37,991 bases of DNA from Monocercomonoides exilis PA203 (Eukaryota; Protista; Preaxostyla), in NCBI GenBank assembly GCA_001643675.2, contig LSRY02000087.1:1-37991 (forward strand), in the 5' to 3' direction. The position numbers and the translations under genes are program-made. How positions within the stretch are numbered: position 1 is the first letter of the stretch; every line of letters starts with the position of its first letter. Below are positions 1-10,800 of this stretch, piece after piece. The notes under the pieces are model-generated. The model worked only from the letters and a program-made list of their open reading frames with translations, did not search any database and had not been told where the DNA came from.

Positions 1-919
1 TTACAGTATTTTCATTTTATTGTTGATTTCTTTAGGATCGAATTATCACAAAAATTATTGATAAAATTTGCCTTTTCGTTTGATTATTTATAAAATCCCA
101 GTGATTTTCAACAAAATTTTGTTTTTTGGTTTATTTTTTAACTGATTCAGATTTCCCATTTTAAAATATTGCTGAGCTATGCTGAATATTTGCATTCAGT
201 ATTGCATGATTTTTAGAAATAATACTGGAAATTAGTAATTACAGATATTACTTTTTCATCAAATAATATTATCTATGACAAAAATATATTATTTTTGCCT
301 GCATAAATGAAAATTCACAAAACATAATTGTGAACCTAATTTTCTTTCGTTTCAGCTGAGATGAACACTTGTTGTTTTCATATAGGGTGCATATTTTATC
401 TTGACCTCAAAATTTTATCTCAACCCTTTTTTTGAAACTTTCTGAAGCTTTTTCGAGCTTTTAGCAAAGGTTTGAAACAAAAATAAATAAACAAACAATT
501 TTATCATAATTATTTACAACTTTATGTTGTTTAATTTTTTGTAAATTTTTGTGCATATAAATTGTTGTAATTTTTTATTTTAGCACCCAGATCAAAGACT
601 TGCTGGCCATGAAGCGAATATTTCATACGGAACGTTTAAAGCCACAATATCATAATTCCACATTCATATATTTTTATTTTAACTAGTTTTTAACATTTTC
701 AATATAATTTTTCACCTTTTTTCTGATTTGACTGTTTTTGCTTAAAACACGTTTTTTAAAAACATGTGTTTGTGTCAAATTTTATGTAAATGAAAAAATA
801 TTCAAAATCTTATTTATCGTTTATTTGCATAAAGCATTGAAATGAAAAGGAACTTTTCAAGAATATTAACTAAAAGCAAGTACATATGATACTTTTGTTA
901 TTCAAATTACCAAACATAT

Positions 920-1144
920 GGGTGATTCGCAAATGTTTTATTTTCAAATTAATCAAAATTTCATATTTTACTCAAAATTTTGTTAACAAATATCAAACTT
1001 CACTTAAATGGAATCTATTTCTTGATAATGCTATTTCAAACATTCTTAAGCAGATTTGTGAGCTGAAACAGAAATGTGAGCAAAATATGAAATTTTTGAT
1101 TAATTTGAAAATTAAACATTTGCGACTTTTCAAAAGAATCACCC
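920..1144. mobile_element. MITE (family B), 225 bp, long imperfect TIRs (~60-70 bp), ATAT target-site duplication
   Basis: ATAT|GGGTGATT...AATCACCC|ATAT. The left end gggtgatt-cgcaaatgttttattttcaaattaatcaaaatttcatatttt matches the reverse complement of ~1082-1144 apart from an 11-bp deletion and a few mismatches. No credible coding capacity. Confidence 0.8.
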
Positions 1145-1773
1145 ATATACTAACAAATAATCATTTTAACATACAAGAATCTTTTTATTTTAATAATGTT
1201 TATTTATCATTTCAATAAATTTCAAAACAAATTCATATGCGTCCTTAAATCGTATTTTTGAAAAATGTGTGAAATGAGAAAAATGATAAAAACAAGTTGA
1301 GAAAGTTTTAAACAACTAAATCATATAAAAATAAAACGATGTATTATGAACTGAAAGCTTAAAACTTCTGAGAATAAGTATTCGATGGAATAGCAGCAAG
1401 TCAATGATCAAAACATAAAATTATTATTATCCTCGATCTTTTTGCAAAACATGAAAAATTGAAAAAAATACAGAATAAGGAAATTTAAACATTTCAAACA
1501 TTTCTGGTAATTTTTATTAATCACAGGCTTGTGTGAAGCTAAAAGCATGACAAAAAGAAAAAGGTCTTGATAAAGTGAAAAGGTCAAGATAAAATCATAG
1601 CCATATATATGTTTTTCCACTTACTTATGAAGGAATGGATTTGATGTTGAAATAATGTTAAAAGCTCTATGAAATCATGCTTTAAAATATAATAAAAAAT
1701 AAAATCTTCATTATTCCAAGTAGCTTGTTCTTCATCACACGCATTTGAATAATTTTTTGTGATTTTAATGAAA

Positions 1774-1829
1774 TTTTTCTTTTTTTTTTCTTTTTTCTTT
1801 CTTTCTTTCTTTCTTTCTTTCTTTTTTTT

Positions 1830-1872
<43 letters not shown>
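1774..1872. repeat. Compound microsatellite: poly-T/(CTTT)n followed by (GT)19
   Basis: Read directly: T-rich/CTTT tract at 1774-1834, then GT dinucleotide at 1835-1872. Confidence 0.95.
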
Positions 1873-1874
<2 letters not shown>

Positions 1875-3324
1875 GCAATTCATTGTTCCTTTATTTTCTT
1901 TATCCGAATTGTTTCCTTTATTTTTTTCCATTTTTATTTTCTTTTTCAAATTATCATCCCATTCATTTAGCACCTTATCTTCTGTTATTTCTTTGCCGTT
2001 GAAGTCAAATCGATTTTTATGAGAAGGAAAAGGATAAGTCGATGATAGAAAAAGCTTCATCAGAACTGGCTTAGACGAGTCTTTCAGCACACTGCTGCAT
2101 TTGGATGCTCGTTTTTTGACAGAATGTGATAACTCGAATGAACTGGTTGATAAAGAGCTTCCACCAGAGCTGTTCTCTTCGCAGCTGAAGACGACGAAAA
2201 AGGTGCTTCGAACTGTGAACTCATCTCAGACTTCAGGACAGCAAACACTCCTCGGTCAAATGGCTGGCGGATGCATGTGCTTTGAGTGACGGTTATCACA
2301 ACATCCACATTTTCTTTTTGAATTCTTGCCAGATTGTTTGATCTGCACGAGAAACGTGTGAGTCGATAAGAAGCAAGCAGTGTGATTCGTCGAGTGATAT
2401 GTGTTGTCTTATTTCTTTGATCAAAGGGAGAAGAATTGAAAGTGCACACTTCCTAAACGTTGAAGATTTCATCCATTTGCATTTGTTCGGTTAAATCTCA
2501 AGATTTGAAGACTGAAGAGGCTTCAAGTCATCAGGAAGTTTGAGACTCGGGCACAGAATCACTGAAGAAAGTGATTGTCCATCAGCTGCAACCGCCGCAA
2601 TCAGTGTAGAATTCGTGATTCTCTCAATAGATTAAGCGAAGCTGGATTTTGAATTTTATAGATGAACAACATTTCGATAGGAGCTATCGGGAACTCTGAG
2701 TGATGACTCGTCCACATTAAATATCAGTGCATTGTTGTTATTTTTTGTTCGATGAAATCCATTGAGAATATCATCCCAGGGCTTTGAAACTTGTTGGCAT
2801 GATACCAAAAGCCTGTTCTCGTCAACAATTTTCGGTTTTGATATCTTCAACTCTGGATGTCGTTTGATGAAATCGTAGGCAACTGACGCAGAAATTTTAA
2901 CATCTGGCTTGTTTTCTGGTTGACAAACATAAACAATGTTTTTGATCCGTTTGATATTAATTAATACATTTCAAAGAATATTTATGCAAACCAGTTCACG
3001 CATTTTCTTGATGGTTAAGCTTGCTCCAGACAGTGATTCAATTTTTGTTTCGTCCAGCACTGTTTGCTCTTTTTCGCCAATTTCCACAGCAGGTCTTCCA
3101 ATTTTTGAAACAAGTCTGCCTTGCCGAACAGCCTTCACAGCACGCTTGATTCGTGTTTTGCTGAATTTTTGCTGTTGTTTGCATCCACCATGCGCACAGC
3201 TCCATCATTAACTATATGCGCCATTCGCTCCAGCGGATTCCGAAATAATTGATATTTGAACGACAGCATCTCCCCGCAGCTTCATCTGACCCGCAGTAGA
3301 TTTCCTTGCAACTTCCTTTTTCAT
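1873..3324 (-). pseudogene. Decayed pogo/Fot1/Tigger-type (Tc1/mariner superfamily, DDE_1) transposase
   Basis: Manual minus-strand translation gives, in order: N-terminal ...KIGRP..., AYDFIKRHPEL (CENP-B/Tc5-type HTH end), IFNVDESSL (D1), STLIAAVAADGQSLSSVIL, KWMKSSTF, LLLIDSHVSR (D2) and STCIRQPFDRGVFAVLK (D3). D2-D3 spacing is about 35 after correcting a frameshift. Several in-frame stops and at least two frameshifts. The 3' boundary is approximate. Confidence 0.88.
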
Positions 3325-3564
3325 TTTTAATTTTTGGGTTATTATCATTGAGCCAGTTAATAAATTTTATTATCGCAAATTTCAATTTTCATTGAAATTT
3401 AATTTTTTATACATTAAATGCATATTTTTTGAATTTCATACATTAGAACCAACCTGTAACTGAAAAACTTCAACGGGAGGCTTTAAACCCCTTATTTCCC
3501 TCCCCATAAGAAACAGGTTCTACATTTAAATGTATTTATTCAATTGCTTATATTTTTCAAAAAT

Positions 3565-3820
3565 GAGTGATTATTTTTTGAAATCATATTTTTTCTAACA
3601 AAAATTTCGGTTTGGACACTTAAAAAGAATATTTATAAATGGACCCTGTAAAGTGATAGATTTTTTTAATGATGCAGCTGCAATAATTTCTAGTCAAACC
3701 TTGGCTTTTGAAACGAATAATAAACATTTGATGTTTAATTGACGATTATTCAGCAAATGAAAATGAATTTTCTAAAGAATAATAACACCGAAAAAGTTAT
3801 GATTTAAAAAATAATTACCA
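3565..3820. mobile_element. MITE (family A), diverged 256-bp copy, AAAT target-site duplication
   Basis: AAAT|GAGTGATTATTTTTTGAAATCATA...TATGATTTAAAAAATAATTACCA|AAAT. The interior is colinear with 20470-20721 (ataaatggac...aaagtgata, ttggcttttga, ccgaaaaagttatgattt). Confidence 0.8.
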
Positions 3821-3905
3821 AAATACCAAAAAACTACGAATTAATCGAAATGTGGGTGGCTTAATAATTGATTTTAAAAAATAGGATCTAATAAAAATAT
3901 GACCG

Positions 3906-4500
3906 TATTTTTAAATATCACAAAACCTAAATGAACCATTACATTAAATTGAAGTCTTATGCATTGAATTATACATCAAAACAGATTTTGATACAAATAT
4001 AAAATCCTTATCACCTGGACACAATTTTTGTGTTCTCCTTTAAAAATTATCAAAAGGCTTTCATTTCTTATGTTGTGCAAACATATTCATTCTCGTTGAA
4101 TATTCACTTTTGGTTCAATTATCAAAAAGAAAAGCCTTTTTACATTCATTGTTAACCTTTTTTATTTTGAAAATGGGAAAAACAAGGACGTTTGTATTTG
4201 TTGATTATCTTCATTGATAAAATTTCCCCATTTTACCATGAACAGGATATACAATGAACAAAAATACGTCCAATCCATCCAGCTGGGGACGAAGAAGACG
4301 AAGAAGAAAAAGACAATGATGACTTTGTTGAGTGTGAAGAAGAAGATGGGGAAGAAGATTACAATGAAAAATGCTTCACATGCTTTCAGAGAATGCGTTA
4401 TTTTCTCAACAAGGAATGTATCAACTATCATTAATTTAAATTTGATGATCCTTTTTGAATGTTTGATGAAAATATAAATATTTCACCTGAATAATTGCTT
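3906..4500 (+). repeat. Outer, older part of the left palindrome arm (homologous to ~34340-35200 reverse complement)
   Basis: 3906-3993 aligns to 35113-35200 and 3991-4057 to ~34779-34846 at roughly 75-80% identity. About 4058-4470 is nearly identical to ~34365-34778. Confidence 0.85.
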
Positions 4501-4819
4501 CTTTTTCCATTTATCACATAATGCAGAATTCTTGCGTTTATCAAAAAATAAGGAATGTTCGAAACATTTTCAGCCTTTATTTCACAATCCGTATTTCATC
4601 TTTATTCCAAAAATATTGAAATATCAAAAATAGTGAAAAATTTTGGTAAATATAATGTGGATCACATCTCATGAAGCAAGAAAGTTTGAAACAAATATTT
4701 TTCACATATCAATATTTAATTGAACATAAAGGAATTTGTTTGAAAAAAAAAAGATTCAAAAAGAATGGGTTATCAAAAACCCAATATTGGAAAAACTTTT
4801 ATTTCTGTTTTAAGTTTCC

Positions 4820-7800
4820 ATGCTCGACAAGTGCTTGCTGATATCTGCATTCATTTCCATATCCTTTCAATTAGCCGCCAACACAAGAATTGAATATCTT
4901 TCAAAAAGTGCCAGCAAGAGGGTTGTTTCCTTTGGCCTTGACGAGATGGATAATGGACCGATTTCAGTAGGAAGAAGTGCTCCGTCCATTGCAGTTGATG
5001 AAGATGCAAATTTGAAACACGAAAACGAAATTGCGGAAAAGAACTTCACAAAGCCGGTGTCTTCGACCATCGACACATTCATTGAAATGCACAACAGCAC
5101 TTTTGTGCCTCAAAAGTCACCTTCTTTCCCACAGGAAGACAGTGTCAGATAGTGACATCTTGTTCGTCTCTTTTTCTGAAGCAGGTTTCTATGTCATTTG
5201 GGGCAAAGGCGATTTCCAGATTTTGTGAAGCAGAAGGCGGAAGGATAGAGATCTGCAATTTGAGTTTGCTGTTCCGAACACAAAACCGTTCGATTTCATC
5301 GCTTGTTGAGTGGAAAGAAAGTGCAGAGGGCGAAATTGGCTGTGGCAAAGCCTTTTGTCAGACACTTCGTTTTCGTGCTTGTCGACTCCACCCTTCTTGT
5401 CTGTGTTTGGTTCGCTGTCTCTTTTGCACATGTCGATGGAAAACGTGGTGTTTATGAATGTGTCAACAAACATTGCACACAGCAGCACCACTGCTTTCTC
5501 AGAAGCAAACCATCTCCAGAAATCTCTTGTCTCCAGCATCTTGCTGGTTGACTGTGACCAATCACTGTTGAGTGTTGATGAGAGTGCAACGAGGCTCGCA
5601 AAGTTAGTCGTGTTCAACTCTTCGTTTCTCAGATCGCATGACATTCAAAAGGATCAATGCTTCAACACTTCACTGCCTTCGTTTTCGAGTGGACAAATAG
5701 AGTTCGACAGTTGCAGATTTGAATCATGCACATCAGCGACACGGAATGGAGGCGCACTAAATGTTGGTGGGAGTGCTTCTCTGACACTCAGAAGTTGCAC
5801 TTTCACAAATTGCTCAATAACTTATTGTGGAGAAAATATGCCAAGAGGAGGTGCTGTTTACACATTCACAAGAGCGAATTGCACTGTTTTAAACACTTTG
5901 TTTTATGGGTGCTCATGCAATTGTTCATCAGTTCAACCTTTTGGAGGAGCTTTGGCTGTTTTCAATGCTTTCACATTTTTGAAACAATGCGAGTTCAAAA
6001 ATTGCTTTTCTCGCACATGTGGAGCATTTAACATTGAACAGCATAAAAAATTGGAACTTATTGACTGCTTGTTCGACAAAAATGAAGCAATTGTATCAAG
6101 AGGTTCTTTTCATTTATACAATGGAACATTCAATGATTCTATAACCAACAGTTTGATCAAAGATTCAAAAGTGGAAAACGGTTTTGCCGGAGCACTCAGT
6201 TTTGAGTTTTATACAAATAAAATGATCTTTATAAAATATTGCCTATTTGATAATAACATATCCCCAACAAATGAAGGGAATGATATCCATTTTAGAGCAA
6301 ATAATACAGTTAATGCAACCAAAGAGTGGATAATATATTCATATTCGACATCAAGTCAGACCGGGAGAGTGTATTGCAACGGAGACAAAGCAGGGTGGCT
6401 CCCAGATGTGCCTGCAGTGTACGATCCTCTGAGAGTCGACTCAGCTGGGGAAGCGATGATGCAGGATGCGGGAAGAATGGAGCAGAGTGCAGGACAATCG
6501 CGTTTGCGGTGACACAGTGGGTGAGCCACAGACACACAGGGGTTGTGGTGTGCAGCGAGGTGAGTGTGGAGAAGGCTGCGAGCATCTCCGGGCTGGAGAT
6601 TTGCATAAGCAAAGATGCAACAATGGAACATGGAACGATTCGGTCGGATGTGGAAAGCGGCTCGCTGTTCAGTGTGGGTAGCGGGAAGCTGGAGTTGGAG
6701 GGTGGACAGTGATTCATGATACAGGAAATTCGAGGGGTTCGTCTCTGTTTGCAGTGGATGGGTATGAGGGTTTGGCGCATGTAAAGAATTGCACGATACA
6801 AGCGGACTCTGTGGATTTGTCGTTTCACGAGCCGCTTTTTGTGGCAGGGAGGGGAAAGATTGCTATCGAGGACTGCCAAGTGGAGAATGTGTGTCTGGAA
6901 GGGTGCAGTCTGCTGATGTGGAGTGCTGAAGGAAGTGTTTGTGTTCGAGGCGGGAATATAACTCAGATAACGAGAAGAAATGGAAACGGGGAGTGGCAGA
7001 GAAGGCGTTGGAGGCAGGAGAGATGTTTGAGTTTGGGAATGTGACGATGACCGGGTGCAGGTGCAGTGCGGGGATGGCGGAGCGATTTGGGTGGAGATGG
7101 TTGGAGGAAGCTGTGCGAGAATAGGATCAGAAAGTTCAGTCACAGGGATGAAGCAATGCTGGGCAGAACGGAGTGGGGAAGGAGGTTTTGCTGGAGAGAG
7201 CAGAGGTGGAGGGATATGTTTGGTGCTGAAGGATGGAGGCGAAGACTTCTGTGTGGCTCGCCCGTTGTTTGAGGAGAACAATGCGGATTGGGGGCGAAAT
7301 GTGTTTGTCAAATCTCCGGACCTCAAGAAAAGCACTGTTCAAGCACATTTTCCGTTCTATCCAGAGTATTTCTCGGAGCAAGAGATGCAGGGAGAAGATG
7401 GAAGAACACCGAATATTGGAATCCCGCTGGTGTATTTCCTGCAGCTGCGAGAAGCGCGAGTGAGTGTGGGAGACGGGGAGTGGATGTGAGTGCATGTGGA
7501 TTTGCAAAGTATCAGTGCAAGACGATGGACTATGCATTTGGGCAGCAGGAAGGGATGCATCTGGTGCTGTACAACAAGAGCTACACATGGAGAGAGTGCC
7601 TGGTGCTTGATGGAGCAGAGGGATATGACTTGAGCGGGAAAGAAGGGATGTCGGAGGTGAGGATGGTTGGGAACGAGAGTGGGCTGTACGAGATGGTGAA
7701 GGTGGGGAGCAGTGTGCAGATATCACTTGTGGCATTTGCCTTGGAGCCTGAACTGAAACAGTCGCAGACTTGTGTGTTTGCAGTCGAAGGGAAGGGAATG

Positions 7801-10800
7801 GTGCGCTGACGCTCTCTTCATCGCGGGTGAGCGGCGATGCGGATGTGCTGTCTGTCCCGTTCTGTTTTGTGTGTGTGAGAAAGGGAAGATGCTGATGAGC
7901 AGTGTTGTTGTGGAGCATTTGTGCTTTTGGTGGAGCCGTTTGTGAGGTGCAGCGGAACGGAGTCTGAAACGGTGATGATGCAGGCAACGTTCGCTGACAC
8001 GACAAGCTGGGGAGAAGAAGGGTTGATTGTGCTTCGCGATGGCTCCACGGCAAAAATCAGCAAGAGTGCGTTTGAAAGCAGCAGCGGAAGCAAGCAGCCG
8101 ATGATTGTTGTGAACAAAGCCAGGAAGACCAATGTGAGCGAGACAAGCGTAGACTGCTCTCTTTCTGGTCAAGGAGATGGGTGTTTCCTTCGCGGAACGC
8201 TGGGAGTGGGGTGCGAAATGGTTGTAGATGGAGGAAACATGAGTGGGACATGCCCAAGAGGAAACGGGGGAATGCTGAGACTGGTGCTGGAAGGCGGAAG
8301 CAAGCTGCAGATTGGAAGAAGCATGGAGACGATTGTGAGCAAGTGCAAAGCAGTTTTTGCAGCAGGGAGTGGGGGATATGGAGGAGGGATGTATTTGGAG
8401 ACAAATAGCAGTGACGTGAATATGGGGCTGAATGCAGTGAAGTTTGATGGATGTCAAGCAGACAGGCATGGACACAATCTGTTTTTAACAGCCCCCAACT
8501 TCACAGCTTCTGTGACAAAAGCCACACTCGGATTTGTGGCTGACACCACAAATGAAGAGGAGCTTGAGGGATATGAAGGAGGAAACAGCACATATGCAAT
8601 CCCGTTGGTGCTGTATCTGCGTGACGACCCTGAGCCAGTTATGGTTGGTGGAGATAACAAAAAGATTTCGACAGATGTGGATATGCTGGACACGGGTGCG
8701 AAACGATGGACTTTGTGATGGCTCGGTGGGTGGAGGAAAACGGACTCAACGCATCAATATCAAACACTGTGCCGCTATACTCGGAGGCAAGTCTTGTCAG
8801 CGGAGTATTTGTGCTGAACGGCACATCAGTATATTCTCAAATAGACGTGTTCGAAAATGCTGCAAAGAAACAGGATGGGATGATAGAGACAAGCTGTGCG
8901 ACAACATTTACGGGACTGAAGATTACTGGGCCAGCGAGCTTGAACACGAGGTTTTATCTAATATGCACGAAAAGTGGAGTCTTGACATTGAGCTCGTGCG
9001 CTCTGAGTGTACGCTCGTCACTCACAGCTGCATATTCCATGATCGCCTGCACAGGAGGGCAGACAACGTTGAATGATGTGACCATCAGGAATGCTGTGTG
9101 TGCGTGTGGAGCCATGATTTGGATCACAGGAGAAGGAAGCTGCACCATGGATGAATGCACAATGATGAATGCAAAGGGTTCGGAAGCAACAGATGGATGC
9201 GTTGTCTATGCATCATCTGGCACTCTGGAAATAGGAAACACGACATTTTCAGAGGAAGGGGCAGATGACAGATCAGGCAGCGTGAGGCTGGCAGATAAGC
9301 TGGGAAAGTGGATGGGAGTGAGGAACTGCACGTTCAGAGGCTTGTCAAGGAACGGAGAAAAAGGATGTGTGCTGTTTGGGATGTTGGATGAAGGGATGGT
9401 GCTTGAGCTGAACGATGTGAACATGGAGAACTGCACTGTGAGTGGAGGAAGCGGAGGAGGATGCTTTGTGGAGTTGTCGAAGACAGCAAGACTTCGTGTC
9501 GGAGAGAGTGGGAATAGAATGCTGGCTGAAGGATGCCGAGCGCTGGCTGGCGAATGTGGCGGATTGAAGGGATTTGGAGGAGGAATGCTGGTGAAGTGCA
9601 TTGAAGAGGCAAGTGATATGATAATTGCGGGGGTGAAATTTGGAGAAGGGGAAAAAGCGAACATGGCTGACAAGGGAGGAAACAATGTGTTTGTTTCGTG
9701 TGTGAATTTATCAATGGTGGTGAATGAAGGCTCGTTCAACTTTGACTTTATGAAGAAAGTTGAAGAGTCGCCCAGGCTGTGGGATTTGATGGGGATGGAA
9801 AATGGAGCAAGAGAGAATCCGATTCCGCTTGTTGTGTTCTTTCGAGAAAGCGCAGGGAATGTGTTTGTTGGAGACAAAGGGTGCGATTATGTATTATGCG
9901 GGTTTGAGGATTATCCGTGCAGAGGAATTGTGCATGCTGCAGCACTGCGAAAAGGATCGGAAAACGTGGTGGTTACGCTTCTTGCAGACTTTGGGTTTTG
10001 CGATTCCATAATTCTGGATGCTCAAGAAATGACCATCAACACCCAAGGCAACAGCCACGAAAGAATGGTCCATGGAGAAGGAGAAGGAGAATCCGACTGG
10101 TTGATAGAGACCAAAAAGAACATCACTTTTGAAGATGTCTCATTTGGGATGCCGCCTTCATTTAACTACCAACGTGAAAGCTTTCTGAGGTGCAGCAAAG
10201 ACAAACTGGAGCTCAGAAGGTGTTTGGCGAAGGTTGAGGCAGACTCAAGGAGGATTGATTATTCATTTGTTAGTGTGGAAGGAGGGATGCTTGTGATGGA
10301 TGATTTTTCAGCGATGGAGTTGTGTGCTGTGCAACATGGGCTTGTGGATGGAAGAGGGCTGGACTCAAAAGTGGAGCTAAGTGGGGTGAAGTTTGAGGGT
10401 ATTTCTGTGGAAGGAGAAAGAGGAGTTGTGTGTGGGCAAAGCTGTGGATTGCTCAGCATGAATGATTCTTGGATGAATTCGTCTGCTCTTGGAGACAGCT
10501 GCTTGGTGTGGTTTTGCGGGTGCGCATCCGTTAACATGAAAGGGCTGAGCATCTGGAACGTGTCGAGAACAGCAGGGAGTGGAGGGGCATTCAGTGGAGA
10601 AATAGGAGAAGGGTGCAAGTGCGAGATCCGAGGGAGCACATTTGGCAATGTGAGTTGTGGGGAGCATGCTGGAAGGGGAGGGTGCGGAGCTGTGGAGGTG
10701 ATGAGAAATGGGAAGCTGATTATTGAGGGGTGCGTTTTTGAAAAGAATGGGGTGGATGAAGAAGCAGGGGTTTGGGGGAGGGTTGTTTGCTCGGTTTGTG

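Noticed and set aside
886-1218. 110-aa ORF
   Set aside because: Lies across the 920-1144 MITE; AT-rich, low-complexity translation.
1584-2090. 168-aa and 87-aa ORFs with HT/CV and K/F runs
   Set aside because: Produced by the microsatellite; only the part above 1873 is plausibly the transposase tail.
2480-3215. In-frame TAA codons in the transposase as evidence of a TAR=Gln genetic code (known in some oxymonads)
   Set aside because: The 1331-, 1453-, 745- and 550-codon frames contain no TAA/TAG and use CAA/CAG for Gln. The transposase also has TGA stops and frameshifts, so it is simply decayed.
3444-3522. tagaaccaacctg...caggttcta short inverted repeat as a possible pogo TIR
   Set aside because: No matching partner found on the other side of the transposase; too short to support.
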